NCBI GenBank assembly: GCA_015231405.1
Contig: JADGBR010000014.1
Coordinates: 3,555 to 67,554 of the forward strand
DNA length: 64,000 bases
Direction: 5' to 3'
Source: Candidatus Omnitrophota bacterium
GTDB lineage: Bacteria; Omnitrophota; Gorgyraeia; Tantalellales; Tantalellaceae
Position numbers and translations under genes: made by a program. The notes under the pieces were generated by a model, which had not been told where the DNA came from, made no database searches, and worked only from the letters and a program-made list of their open reading frames with translations. Positions 46,601-57,000 of this stretch are shown here, piece by piece; the first letter of the stretch is position 1, and each line of letters starts with the position of its first letter.

Positions 46601-49600
46601 TGCCCTCGTCCCAATTTATGAGCGACGACGTATAAAAGTTATCGCTGCCCTCTATGGACCCTTCTTCGCCGATATGCCCAAAAAGGGATCCTTCACCCTG
46701 TTCCGTATTGTATATGTACTCGCTGATATCCGATGCCGGGATGTCGGTATACTCCGCTTTCTCTCTTGCGTCCGTCATACCTGTCATTTTCCACATCTCG
46801 AGGCCCGGATATGCCTCTCCTTCGAGATAGCTTGAAAGAACGCCGGCCTTATGGTCCGGAGATATGTATATCGCGGATAAATATCCGTTAAGCCGGGTAC
46901 CTTTCCAGGATCCCACGGTCGTCCCGTAAAAAGCGCCGCCGTCAAGTGTGCTGTCATCGTCGGCTAAAACGTTATAGCTCGACACCGGCGTATGCCATAT
47001 GCTCTCTACAGGTTCTTCGTCGTTGAAGTAATACTCACCCATGGCCGTGATCTCAGTGCTGGCTGTCCAGGGAGAAAGTATTGTTCCAATAAGTCCCGAA
47101 TCCTCTCCTACCTGTTCCATATAACCATAATCGGAATTATAGCGGTATAGGCTGCTTATGTCTTGCCCTCTTCTCTCATTTGCTCCCCATGTTCCGCTTA
47201 GTTTAAGCTGATCCCCTACCCATACTCCGAGACCCACTCCCTGCCAAAGCCCGGTCGAGTCGAAAGCCTGGCCCCAGATATCACCCACCATATGCGACAA
47301 TCTCGTATAACCGAGGAAATAGCCGTCTAGAGTCGCGTTCAACGCTCCTTCCACATTAGTTCCGTCGATAGGAGCTATCCAGTATCCCCGGTCGCCTTGT
47401 AAACTTTCGTAGCTTGAATTACTGGTATATACTGTGATCGCGCCCTCGACCTCGATATTCTCCGCTATTACATCCGCAAGCGATCTGGATGTATCCCAAT
47501 TGCCGGACAAATAATTCCCGTTGCTATAATCATAACCGGAATATGTCCCATCGCCGTCATAACTCAGGTAATACTCACGATATCCAAGGTCACTATAGGT
47601 GTACACATACTGATACCCTGAGTTGTTATTCGAGTCGTAATTGTAGTTAAAACTACCTGAATTATAGCCTTCCGACGAGGCGAAATAACCGCTAGCCTCA
47701 AAATGTTCGTACGCGCTGGCTACGCCTATACTGTCGTATCCGCCCATAACGGCCGAGAAAGCGGTATCCCCGTTCGGATTTGAGAAGTTTCCCCATAAAG
47801 TCTGGCTGTATATGCCCCAATCCGCTGAAACCCCGGTTTTCGTATTGACAAGCGAAAATTCCTGAAAATTATCCTGGCCGGTAATGCATCCTCCGGTCTC
47901 GAAACCTCCGTCAAGATACCCGGCGTCATTGTTGCCATAGTGGTAAAGATTTTCCGGCGCCACGGTGTTCTCGGCGTCCATTACTTCAGGCGTCAAAGTT
48001 CCGTCAGCCTTCCACATGTTTATCTCATCGAGAACGGTACCCGACATATCGCCCTTTAAAATACCGGCTTTACCGGAAGGGTCGATATAGACAAGAAGCG
48101 TTTTCCCCTCCAAGGCCAGGCCGTCTACAAGTCCGGCCGACCATCCGTAGAAAGCTCCGCCGTCGGGAGTCGTGTTGTTACCCAGATTCGCGTTATAGCT
48201 CAGTATCGGTGAAAGGAAAATATACGGGTCCGTCGAGATCTTATTGTCGCCGGATAATTCCCCCATCGCCCGATAGGACTCTGTGGAATCCCAGGGAGAG
48301 ACCGCCGCGCCTATGATCCCGTATTCGTGCGTTACCCACCTGAGCTCTCCGTTGTCGTTATAGTAGACGCTGTCATTGTCAGAACCCCATCTCCCCGCGA
48401 AAGTCAGATCTTCACGGGCCTGCCATACCCCGGTGCCGACGCCCATCCAGCTCGACCCCTCGGTATCGTATATGCCGAACACGTCTCCGGACATCGTCCC
48501 GTGCCAGAGGTATGTCAGTATCTCTCCGTCAAGCTTGCCGGAATATTCGCCGTTAGCGTAGGAGCCGTTGTTTATATCGGCTATCCAGTAACCATAGTTC
48601 ATATCGCCTTCGCCGCGTTTACTTTCATCCGTCAGGACGGCGTTGTCCGCGTCAGGGGGCGTCGAGACTATCTCCTCAAGCGTTTTTGTCGTATCCCATG
48701 TCCCTACGAGCTCCCTTCCCGCGTTGTAATCATATCCCTCATAATGCCCGTCTTTGTAATAGGTGATGTAGTAACTCTCGCTATCGCCTCCGTCGTAGTA
48801 GTCCCCGTTATCCCTGTAATAATTCACGCTGGCAGAATGGTTGTCCGTGTAATAAGAGACCTGGTAATAACCGGTACTGTCGCCGTTCTCGTCACGATAT
48901 TCATAGCCCTTTTCTACGTACAGATACGGATCGATCGTCCCAAAAGGATCGGTCCCGCCCCCTATCACCGCCGAAAAACTTCCTTCGTTATCCGGGTTGT
49001 TATATGTCCCGGCCATCCTCTGGTAATATATACCCCAATCCTGCGATACCCCCGCATTGAAATTGACTATATTCATGGTCTCAAGATTCTCGTCCCCGGT
49101 AATACTGCCTGTCCCTTCGCCGAAACTTCCGGATATCGCCGCTCCTCCCTGCCCGGTTTGCGCGGAAAGATACAGGTCTTCCGGATCTACGCCCAGATCA
49201 CCGGAAGCAACCATCTGGGTGGGAGTTATTGTCCCTCCTGCCGTCGCGAAACCGGTTTCAGGATAAGTTTTACCGGAAAGGTGTCCTTTAAGATATCCAC
49301 CGTTACCGCTCGGGTCTATGTACAGCCCTATAAAATATCCTTCCAACGCGCCGGCTTCAGTACCAAGGATACGTCCTACATAAGCTCCACCGTCATAAGT
49401 GGTGTAGGTGTCATCATTATAATTATAGCTAAAAAGGTCCGATCCCCAGACATGCCCGTAGCTATTATCCCCGCACGAATATTCCATCAAGAGATACGCC
49501 ATCGCGCCGTCTCCCCACATAGACCCAGTCCCTCCCAAAAGACCGTTTAGATTCCCTGAATAGTCCCAGTTGACGTAACTGTTCTCATACTCGACGGAAT

Positions 49601-52247
49601 ATCCATATGGCGCAAAACCCTCGTACGGAGACTTAGATATTTCCTCCAGAGACATTTCGGTATCCCACGTTCCATACCTACTCCCATAGTAATACGAGTA
49701 CCCATCTGTAGAGGCGTTCCCATAGTAATTATCGTACTCGTAATGATACGGGTCCGAGCGATACCAGTATCTTTGCGCGTAGCTGTCATCTCCCCTATAC
49801 GAGTACTGGTAGTACTCGTAGCCGGAAATACCCCAGTACCTTCCATCTGTTTGGGTATAACCGCGTTGTATCGATCCTTCCAGCGGGCTCACGAATTTGA
49901 GCGCTTCCTCGCTCCATGTTCCGGCGCCGACGCCCTCGTAAGAGTAGTAGCCTTCTTCCTCCGAATACTTCCCGACTATGGTCCCCAAAGATCCGCCGAG
50001 ATTGAAATGATCGATATAGGTCGTCATAACATCCAGTTTAAGATAGCCCTCCAAATTGTCCTGGCCTTCAATGGTAGTGAGAGAATAAGTTTCATTTTCG
50101 GTGTTCACGTCGCCATCCCCGCCGTCGCTCACGAGCGCGCTCAATGTCTCCGTGCTGCCGCCATCGCCTCGCTGATCGCCGGAAAAGCCTACCCACTCAG
50201 TGGCGTTATCCAGGCGGTCATATTCCCCGCCGTAGATGCCTTCCCATATGCCCCAGCTCTCGCCGGTTATATTTGTCCCATTCTCGGTACCATCGAGCCA
50301 AAGCGCGGTGCCGTCGTCATTCGTATCGAACCCTAAAAAGGTATCAATGGTCGTTATGGGCTCGAGCGCAGCGTTAAGCCCGGCCGGAGTTATATCCGTG
50401 TAAACGGTAGGCACAAAGAACATATCCCCGATAGCCGAAAAGGTGCCAAGCTCATTATCCATAGTTCCCTCAAGATACCCTATCATAGTCCCGGCGACGC
50501 CCGACGGATCGATATATATAGCCGATATCATGTTCGCTATATTGCTTTCCCCGTGAGAAGCTCCCACCGCCCAGCCTTTGAAAGCGCCGGTATCGTCGCC
50601 CGTTCCTGATATATCGCCGAACATAAGGTCTCTCCCGTTCGGATTCGTGAAAGTCCCGTCGAAAGTGACGGGCGAATAAGTACCGCCTGTGCCTGTCGAC
50701 GCTGTTCCTTCCCAGGGCGCGACCGTCGCGGTAGTCTGCACCGCACCTTCGAACGCGCTCGCCTCGTCAACCCCAAAAGAGCCTCTGTAACCCATTTTCG
50801 CCTCGACCTCACCGGTCACCTGCACAACGGGAGCCTCCTCTTCCTCGACCGGAAGCTCCGGCGTAAAAGGTATGAATATGCCTATGTCGCCTACATTGTT
50901 CTCTCCTTCGCTCGCGTCATTCCCTCCGGTATCCGGAAGGCCCGCGGGATCGCCCTGGCCGCCGGTATTGTCAGCCGGTCCGGCCTCGCCGCCGGGGATA
51001 CCTTCTCCGTCCGGATCTCCTTCGGAATAACCGTATACACCGTCGCCCTCGTTGCCGAATTCGCTGCCGAGGCCGCTCCTATCTTCGTCCGTCGTAGGGT
51101 TCATCTCAAGTTTTCCGTCCAACCCCACGGTCGTCGTCAACCCCTGGTCGACCACCTTCTCGGTGCCGTCTATGAGATTTCTTACAAACCCGCTGCCGCC
51201 CTCGAAAAAAGACCTTGTCATGGTGGGCAGAACGTTCAGATACATTATTGTTCCCCTTATGCCGCATGCCGCGTGCGGTGTCTTTACCGTGAATACCGAA
51301 CCCTCGGGCTTATTCTGGAGTTTGGAGATGATACTGCCGTATTTCGCCTCGAACTCGTTCCTGTAGTTGCCCGAAAGAGGGTCTTTGGAAAGCGTGACGA
51401 TGATGATCTGCGTATCGGGCTTAAGCTCCATGGTAAGGCCGTTGTCGAAGCTGAGGAGTATGCTCCCGTTCTTTCCGGTCTCGATGGTGTCGCCGGGTTT
51501 CAGAGCTTCGTTGTTTTCCGGAGTATGCCATTTTTCGGAGCCGGCGGGTTTTACCCTGACGGCGCCGGCTATCCGGCTGACCATGGCTTTAGTAAAAAGG
51601 GAGTTCGCTTCGGTCACGTTATAAACGGCGCTTGTCACCTTCTGGAACTTATCGAATTCTTCCTGCTGATACGCCCTCGGGGTCGCCGGCGGGGCGTTAT
51701 ATGGCACCATCGTCGTCATTCCCTCTTCCACGTTTATCCGACTGGTCGGGAACTCGGGGTTCAGCATATGGAACGTTCCTTCCGACACCAGAACATTGGT
51801 CGCCGATTGCTGGAAGGATACGAAAATATCCGACCCTTTCACCGTTCCGGCGGCGTTCGGCGTAATAACGTCGAACGGGGCCGAATCCAATGTCTTGGAT
51901 ACCACGGCGCGCATATTACCTCTATCGAGGCCTATCGCGGACATAAGACGCTCGCCGTTGTCTTTAAGCCTGTAATCGTTCACCTTTATCTGCGAACTTT
52001 CACCGACATGTACGACGGAGTTATCGTTGAAGGTGACCACGGCTTTGGACGAGCTCTTCGTCCGGAGCGACTCGCCCACGGATACCGTCTCTCCTATGGC
52101 GGCCGGGAAATAATCTCCGTCCGTCAATTTTTTGTCTACTCGCCCTTCGATGTAAGTAACCTTACCCACAGTGTCCGCCAGTAATGCCGGCGGAAAAGCC
52201 AGCGTGAAAGACAGTATGACCGCCATAAAATTGAATATCTTCTTCAT
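43695..52247 (-). CDS. 2850-aa exported protein: two FecR domains, repeated ~400-aa Gly/Tyr-rich modules, C-terminal beta-barrel-like domain
   Basis: Signal peptide; two FecR-like units (G.V..GE.LRT..F.V.TP.A..VKG / GDTIETG..F.VKTPHA.CGIRGT); acidic linker; recurring TxDGGA(F/Y)xG and IYIDPSG motifs; Gly-rich beta C-terminus (GQFQG..GTAAGTY..QGAGAGT). Confidence 0.8.
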   Translation of the reverse strand: MKKIFNFMAVILSFTLAFPPALLADTVGKVTYIEGRVDKKLTDGDYFPAAIGETVSVGESLRTKSSSKAVVTFNDNSVVHVGESSQIKVNDYRLKDNGERLMSAIGLDRGNMRAVVSKTLDSAPFDVITPNAAGTVKGSDIFVSFQQSATNVLVSEGTFHMLNPEFPTSRINVEEGMTTMVPYNAPPATPRAYQQEEFDKFQKVTSAVYNVTEANSLFTKAMVSRIAGAVRVKPAGSEKWHTPENNEALKPGDTIETGKNGSILLSFDNGLTMELKPDTQIIIVTLSKDPLSGNYRNEFEAKYGSIISKLQNKPEGSVFTVKTPHAACGIRGTIMYLNVLPTMTRSFFEGGSGFVRNLIDGTEKVVDQGLTTTVGLDGKLEMNPTTDEDRSGLGSEFGNEGDGVYGYSEGDPDGEGIPGGEAGPADNTGGQGDPAGLPDTGGNDASEGENNVGDIGIFIPFTPELPVEEEEAPVVQVTGEVEAKMGYRGSFGVDEASAFEGAVQTTATVAPWEGTASTGTGGTYSPVTFDGTFTNPNGRDLMFGDISGTGDDTGAFKGWAVGASHGESNIANMISAIYIDPSGVAGTMIGYLEGTMDNELGTFSAIGDMFFVPTVYTDITPAGLNAALEPITTIDTFLGFDTNDDGTALWLDGTENGTNITGESWGIWEGIYGGEYDRLDNATEWVGFSGDQRGDGGSTETLSALVSDGGDGDVNTENETYSLTTIEGQDNLEGYLKLDVMTTYIDHFNLGGSLGTIVGKYSEEEGYYSYEGVGAGTWSEEALKFVSPLEGSIQRGYTQTDGRYWGISGYEYYQYSYRGDDSYAQRYWYRSDPYHYEYDNYYGNASTDGYSYYYGSRYGTWDTEMSLEEISKSPYEGFAPYGYSVEYENSYVNWDYSGNLNGLLGGTGSMWGDGAMAYLLMEYSCGDNSYGHVWGSDLFSYNYNDDTYTTYDGGAYVGRILGTEAGALEGYFIGLYIDPSGNGGYLKGHLSGKTYPETGFATAGGTITPTQMVASGDLGVDPEDLYLSAQTGQGGAAISGSFGEGTGSITGDENLETMNIVNFNAGVSQDWGIYYQRMAGTYNNPDNEGSFSAVIGGGTDPFGTIDPYLYVEKGYEYRDENGDSTGYYQVSYYTDNHSASVNYYRDNGDYYDGGDSESYYITYYKDGHYEGYDYNAGRELVGTWDTTKTLEEIVSTPPDADNAVLTDESKRGEGDMNYGYWIADINNGSYANGEYSGKLDGEILTYLWHGTMSGDVFGIYDTEGSSWMGVGTGVWQAREDLTFAGRWGSDNDSVYYNDNGELRWVTHEYGIIGAAVSPWDSTESYRAMGELSGDNKISTDPYIFLSPILSYNANLGNNTTPDGGAFYGWSAGLVDGLALEGKTLLVYIDPSGKAGILKGDMSGTVLDEINMWKADGTLTPEVMDAENTVAPENLYHYGNNDAGYLDGGFETGGCITGQDNFQEFSLVNTKTGVSADWGIYSQTLWGNFSNPNGDTAFSAVMGGYDSIGVASAYEHFEASGYFASSEGYNSGSFNYNYDSNNNSGYQYVYTYSDLGYREYYLSYDGDGTYSGYDYSNGNYLSGNWDTSRSLADVIAENIEVEGAITVYTSNSSYESLQGDRGYWIAPIDGTNVEGALNATLDGYFLGYTRLSHMVGDIWGQAFDSTGLWQGVGLGVWVGDQLKLSGTWGANERRGQDISSLYRYNSDYGYMEQVGEDSGLIGTILSPWTASTEITAMGEYYFNDEEPVESIWHTPVSSYNVLADDDSTLDGGAFYGTTVGSWKGTRLNGYLSAIYISPDHKAGVLSSYLEGEAYPGLEMWKMTGMTDAREKAEYTDIPASDISEYIYNTEQGEGSLFGHIGEEGSIEGSDNFYTSSLINWDEGKTYDWGIYDQKIWGYIYQQGENSGFSAVLGGNDPIGAYLTTTEHDGQYYYYDWNGGYYGYDGDYFYSYSLDNTQGYARYYRQNGSEYYQLSYKADGTWEKYFQNEEGSYETITGTWTPGVDSLEDILGTPPAPGTETAQSQWMGGNMGYDYSQDHGYWIMETEDGILSNGDLSFTAAGKFLTGTKMGDISGVGIGNCFNYEGSTVFQAGGAGSWEGERLWFSGVWGENECSIYSNDAGYYRWEGEDTGLIGGTSSPWNAPATIRAMGDFYVEGDENGAYLWHTPVESYNVVDDEYVTFDGGAFKGVSAGVLMDGKMTGGFLALYADPNGKIGYLRNYNGSLLSGSFLSDIAQMRANGGLLAGEYYTELGMWILEGTIAATVMEEDSGIDPADLSGMIQEENIDPMTFVGSFGSGNDSYIRANLSEGYSYSIDGRKWGAFEMKFGDSNYYENRPAGETTWQAVSGDAIDNYYQIRWLNGGWEYNGPEADNLIFGKLTGKGLSMTDLTTIEGDLFGENTSDPTVESGTFIASVLGVYEDEHLSFASSVETELSNEGYACGGIRGIFGGTESLWGGATTPALFIGEYELGEVDPNSIFVWGTGLTSENYDEESYTTYDGGAYYGLMGGYVMGGTAASLMRAFFVTPPDQGTGESKVGYIGGKFLGTTYQSIDMLELNGAVDIYREMPYAGSIMPEDLYDMVETDWIHGYGYNDNMAGEFTEGGPVLSLSGANWGIWGANIEGEYQGDLSAWKMPMTGEIGDYVTYLATLSGDSWAVKGHMDGKFTGLWVSPEGFGSIKGDAVLATKGEYIEAEDGAEISAQFGGAVAGEWVEAEELLDLANIVTEMQDIINNFNDVMIPITEAMQATSVYGQIQTATMDMNLYSFDATNIWAAIINGTYDQGVTDTSTWGAAFQSENYNVNLTGLQWADNQWSAGVTGQFQGNEIQGTAAGTYGEGQFQGAGAGTTVEQPV

Positions 52248-52269
52248 TATTCCTCCAGTAAAATTGTTA

Positions 52270-52297
52270 GAGATTGCTTCGCTTCGCTCGCAATGAC
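52270..52297. repeat. Intergenic copy of the GATTGCTTCG..CGCAATGAC palindrome
   Basis: GAGATTGCTTCGCTTCGCTCGCAATGAC, same family as the copies at 31448 and 31690. Confidence 0.8.
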
Positions 52298-52311
52298 GCG
52301 CTCAGTTCAGA

Positions 52312-53838
52312 TCAATATTTAAACTGTACCCCGGCGCCTACTATGTGCCTCGAGTACTCGTAAACGCTCAGGTTCGATCTCTCGTTAATAAAGGTGTACC
52401 TTATCTGTAATTCGAAGTTTTCCAGGAGTTCGTACATCAGCATAGTCCCGGCGGTATAAGTCTGGTCAAACCGCTTTTTATCATAGATCGTATGCTTGTT
52501 CTCGTAATTCTGGAAATAGACGTCCCCGTTCAAGGTAAGCTTCAGCTTATCGCAGACAGGGTACAATATTATCGAGCCTATTTTATTACCTATATAATCC
52601 CAGTTCTCGCCTCTGGCGAAGTCATCGTCAAAAGTGTAGCGCAGGTTCAGGAATCCCTGATTTTCCTTGAAGAACCAGTACATGCCCCCCAGCGCCGTGA
52701 CCCTATTCGAGTCGCGGTTCTCCGCCTCTATCTGGACAGGCCTTAAATAATCGTTGTTGGCGTATATTACCCCGACCTGGGCCATCTTGGTCTTATCCAG
52801 CATTATGCTGTTAATATTCCCGGCGCTTATCGAGGACAGGTAATTCTTATCGTCGACTATAGTATGGCTATAATTCACCGGCACCGTTAGAAGCATCTTA
52901 TCGAGGGAAAGGCCTCCCTGCAGGGACACGTTGTTGCCGATGGTGTCGTATTTACCCAGGTCGTTCTGCTTGGATACCCTTATACCGTAGCCGGGCTTCA
53001 GACTAAGGTTCCCCTCCTCGTTCTTGAAAGTATAGTCTCCCTGGGCGTCGTAGACTTCTCTGGTATCCGATTCGTCCGTAACGCTTGTGATCGAGGTGGA
53101 ATCAGAAGGTTTTAGAAGGACATTCGAATCGTATTCGAAAGCGGTCCTAGCGGTGAAGTGAAAAGGCTGATCCTTAGTGACCTTCCGGTCCATCGCGTCG
53201 AGATATTTATCGGCGTATGTTCCGAGCTCGGAATTCGGGTCTAGCTCCATGACTTCCCTGAAAATATCCTTGGCTTCTTTAAAATCCTTGTTCTTCAGAT
53301 GGCATACCCCGATCTGGTATTTCGCGGACTGCTTGAGACGGTCGTCCAATTCAGCGGCTTCCTCGAACGCTTTTATGGCTTCGGCGTATTCTTCAGTCTT
53401 CTGTAGAGTGAGACCCTTCAGGAACTTCGCCTGCGCCGGCCTTATGCCTTCCTCTTCGGCTACGGCGATCCATTTTTTCGCGGCGTCATAGTCCTGTAAA
53501 CGGTAAAGCAGATCGACAAGCTCGATAAGCGCGCCTTTTATTTTCGGGGTAAGCTCGAGAGATCTCTCGAGGTATTTCCGCGCGTTCACGTAATCTTCCA
53601 TCCTTTTGTAGGTAAGACCCGTGTAGTAAGTTCCAAGCGACGAAGCCGGATCGTTCTTGATCACTTCGGTAAAAACCTTAAGCGCTTCTTCGTAGCTTTC
53701 CTGTCTGAAGTGGTATATACCTTTATTCAGCACCTCGTTCCCTGTCGTCTCGTCCGACTCCTCTGCCATTGCGCGCGAGATCGAAAACGACAAAAACAAC
53801 CCGCATAAAATAAAAGCCCCGAAAAATATTTTCCTCAT
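52312..53838 (-). CDS. TPR + outer-membrane beta-barrel protein (Slam/DUF560, T11SS-like)
   Basis: Signal peptide, about 5 TPRs, barrel starting at FEYDSNV, amphipathic strands, terminal aromatic strand GAGVQFKY. Confidence 0.75.
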   Translation of the reverse strand: MRKIFFGAFILCGLFLSFSISRAMAEESDETTGNEVLNKGIYHFRQESYEEALKVFTEVIKNDPASSLGTYYTGLTYKRMEDYVNARKYLERSLELTPKIKGALIELVDLLYRLQDYDAAKKWIAVAEEEGIRPAQAKFLKGLTLQKTEEYAEAIKAFEEAAELDDRLKQSAKYQIGVCHLKNKDFKEAKDIFREVMELDPNSELGTYADKYLDAMDRKVTKDQPFHFTARTAFEYDSNVLLKPSDSTSITSVTDESDTREVYDAQGDYTFKNEEGNLSLKPGYGIRVSKQNDLGKYDTIGNNVSLQGGLSLDKMLLTVPVNYSHTIVDDKNYLSSISAGNINSIMLDKTKMAQVGVIYANNDYLRPVQIEAENRDSNRVTALGGMYWFFKENQGFLNLRYTFDDDFARGENWDYIGNKIGSIILYPVCDKLKLTLNGDVYFQNYENKHTIYDKKRFDQTYTAGTMLMYELLENFELQIRYTFINERSNLSVYEYSRHIVGAGVQFKY

Positions 53839-54035
53839 TCATCGCTCCTTAATTATTGTGATTTTTGACAGGAGAAAAACAATTAAAGGATTTATAAATG
53901 TTTGTAATTTGTTCTTGTGTATGAAGCGCGGTATCTCTACCGCCGGAAGACACGAAGACAGAAAAACTGTTACAAAAGATTTTTCCCAACCCTTATTTCC
54001 TGTGATTATATCGGAAGGCTTTCTAAACTTTTACA

Positions 54036-54064
54036 ATTTTACGACAAGTACGGCGTTTTGTCAA
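54036..54064 (-). promoter_or_regulatory. Sigma70 promoter TTGACA-N17-TAAAAT upstream of the Slam-like/FecR operon
   Basis: Near-consensus; implies a leader of about 190 nt. Confidence 0.6.
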
Positions 54065-54070
54065 GCAGTT

Positions 54071-57000
54071 TTACGCGAAACTGAGAACTTTCAGCATCAT
54101 CTGGTTGAGCCTTACCCGCTCCCTATAATTGTGTATAACCGCTTTATCGAGAATGATCTGATACTTGCGGGGATCACTCCTAAGCTCTTCAACTGAGATC
54201 GGTATGTTCTCATCCTCGGCAGTAAGAAGTTCGTATAGTCCCCTGAGTGCTTTATCGTCATGGTTAAGATAAGCAATACCGGCAAACACCATTGCTCCGT
54301 ACTGCACCAAGTCTTCGTCCGAATATGCTTCGCTATCTTTTAGATCGGCGTAAATAACCCTGGCATTATGGTTTTCCAGTCGTTTTTTCATGAATTGACG
54401 GAGTTCATCGAACGGCATTATGTGGACCACGTTATCTTTTTCCGCGCTTTCCGCCGTAGTAGCGGCTTCCTGGGCCAATTTGGCAATATCATCCACTATC
54501 TCGACCGAATATCGTCCGCTCATTAAAAGCCCCGCGAATCTCGATAATAAAAGCCGCTGAGTGCTTCCACCGGCGTACCCTCCCCATATCTTTATCACCT
54601 TAAGCGGCTCGCCGTCTCCCGGGATTTTCATCCCCCGGGCGATCCTCGCCGTTTCATTCATTTTGAACGTCTCTCTTCCGGAGGCTAACCTGTCCTCATA
54701 CTGCTCATTTCCCTCGACAGCCTCAAGAACAGCATCATAGTGAAGAGGTTTCTCGATCATAGCCCGGATATTCTTAGACCTATCAGGATGGAACTCGATG
54801 CTCTGTAAAAGAGACACCCCAAGAGCGGACACGACCTCTTTAAGCCCTTCGATGCCGTCTTTCTCCATCTTCTTGATCTCTTCCTTAATGTAAAAGACCG
54901 CGTTAACGGCACGACCCGGAGAGAACATCATCCGGTAGGTCTGTGCTATTTCCCTGTCGGTAAACTTTTCCATTTCCAGGGGATTGACGATCATCGTCCC
55001 TTCCGTTAACATCTCCCCCAGGATCGCTTTTTTCAGGAAAATAATGGCTTTTCTGGTATCGTTTTTCACCAAATAATGCCTCGCCATGGCAACGTCTTTT
55101 ATGCCCTGAATATCAACTGAATTGATACCCCTGCCGCTCATCTTCTTCTTTTCAAGCGCGGAAGTCATGATCCCCGTGATATCGTCGAACTCTTTATCCG
55201 TCGCGGGATATCCCGGTGCCGGAAGCCCGGAACGTTCGGTTATCCATCTCGCCGACTCGTTTATCATTGTGCGCCTGGCGCTCGAATACTCCTCGAGAAT
55301 AATTTCTTCCATACTCCCGGTCAGGCTTAGCCTGCCTTGTTCCATTTTCGTTTTCTTTTCCTGAACGATATTCCCGGGATCGTCCCAGAGGATGTTATCG
55401 TCCGACAATGCGACCGCGGCGAATCCCGCCACCTCTTTTCGCATGTTATTGGTAATGGCTTTGAACACTATCCGCATTAACAAACGCCTCAGCTTTTCTT
55501 TAGACCCCATCTCACCGGCATCGGACGAAAAATGCAGGACCTCGCGCATCATCTTGAGATATTTTTCGGAATGGACTGTGGGGTCATCCGGCGAAAGGAA
55601 AGAGACCAGCTCGAAAAACACTTTAGGCGTCAGGCTCTCGCCCCACGCGACACCATCCGGGAACCTTAACGCGTACTGGGCTTCCGCGGAAAGCGCGTGC
55701 CAGCCGTTTTCCCTGATCTCCTTCAGCCTTTTCAGATCCGATATATACTCATCCTCGATAGCACGCCTCTGGGCATCCTTTTCGCCTGTCCTCGGCGAAC
55801 GCAAAGCCGCTTCCTTATCGGCTATTATGATCCGAACTTCGGGATTATACCGCGTAGCAAGGTCCATTATCTCTTTCGAGGCGTCCCGGTTTTTAAAGAT
55901 AACGTCGGTGACTATCGTGTCCGGCGGCACTGTTTTCCAGTACGCAATGGCTTCGGCTTCTGATCTTACGTAATAAACGTTATACGCGTCGCTGGTCCTC
56001 CGCCTCACATAAATGCCGAGATCTTTCGCGCCGCTCGCTTCCTCCCCTATGACATACACGCTTGGCAGTCCTTCTTTATGCCCCGAAAAATCGGCTTTGT
56101 ATTGTATTTCACCGATCGAGACAAAATGATCGATCTTCTGCCCAAGCCATTGGGCGAGACACGCGAATAAAAGAACGGGGCCCTCGTCCTTGGACTTTGG
56201 GATATTGATAAGACGGCCCTCCCCGCAAGCCGGCAAATTTTTCACCCTGACCGCGCCGGATGAAACAGGCTCCGTCTCGAGTTTTGTTACGACTCTAGTC
56301 TCTCCTGCCGCCGTATGGCCGAATTTCTCGGCAAGAAGTACCAGACTCATCGGATCAAGCCCGGAACATATCGCCTTTAAGGGGATGCGCTCGAACGCCT
56401 CGACCCCGGCCATATCCTCAAGATTCCCTTTCCCGGTAAGCGCGTCGCACAAAACGGCGTCGAACCTTTCCGCTGGGTCGTCCATACCTTTACTCATTAA
56501 AGTTAAACCTTCTTCGTAATCAGAGACCGCAGTTACAGCGATGTTCTGGAAATTTTTTTCTATCAGGCGTTTGACTAATTGCCGGTCGATCAATGAATCA
56601 TCCACAAGCAATACCCGCAGCCTGTCGGGCGCTTTCTCGTTAAAATATATCCCCGTATCCATCTTCTTCCCTTCTTTCTTCCCGTAATCCTCGATGAACC
56701 CGGTAACTCTCCTCAACTTTTTCATCCATTCAACCTCCCAGCTGGAAGGCAAGAGCGGAAAGCTCAGCACTGAACCAAGCTCTTTCAGCGTGTCTATTAC
56801 ATACTTCTCGTTCCTTTCGTCGTTCACCTCGGTCTCGGAAGACCCGGTCGGGTTAGCCTTATGGATCTCCGTTAAAGCTCTTTTCACGAGCACACGTACG
56901 TCCTCTTTTTCCTCCTTCGTCCTTTTCTCAGGATCGATATAGCTGTACAGGAACGGCATTTTCGCAAGGCCCATGATGCTGAACACTTGCTCGGCCACTT

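Noticed and set aside
48327-49550. 407-aa plus-strand ORF (also 11761-12672, 51273-52184, 61834-62967 and similar)
   Set aside because: Antisense shadows of well-supported minus-strand genes, with no recognisable motifs.
43695-52247. Classical FecR anti-sigma factor
   Set aside because: 2850 aa with a cleavable signal peptide, no cytoplasmic anti-sigma domain and no adjacent ECF sigma or TonB-dependent receptor.
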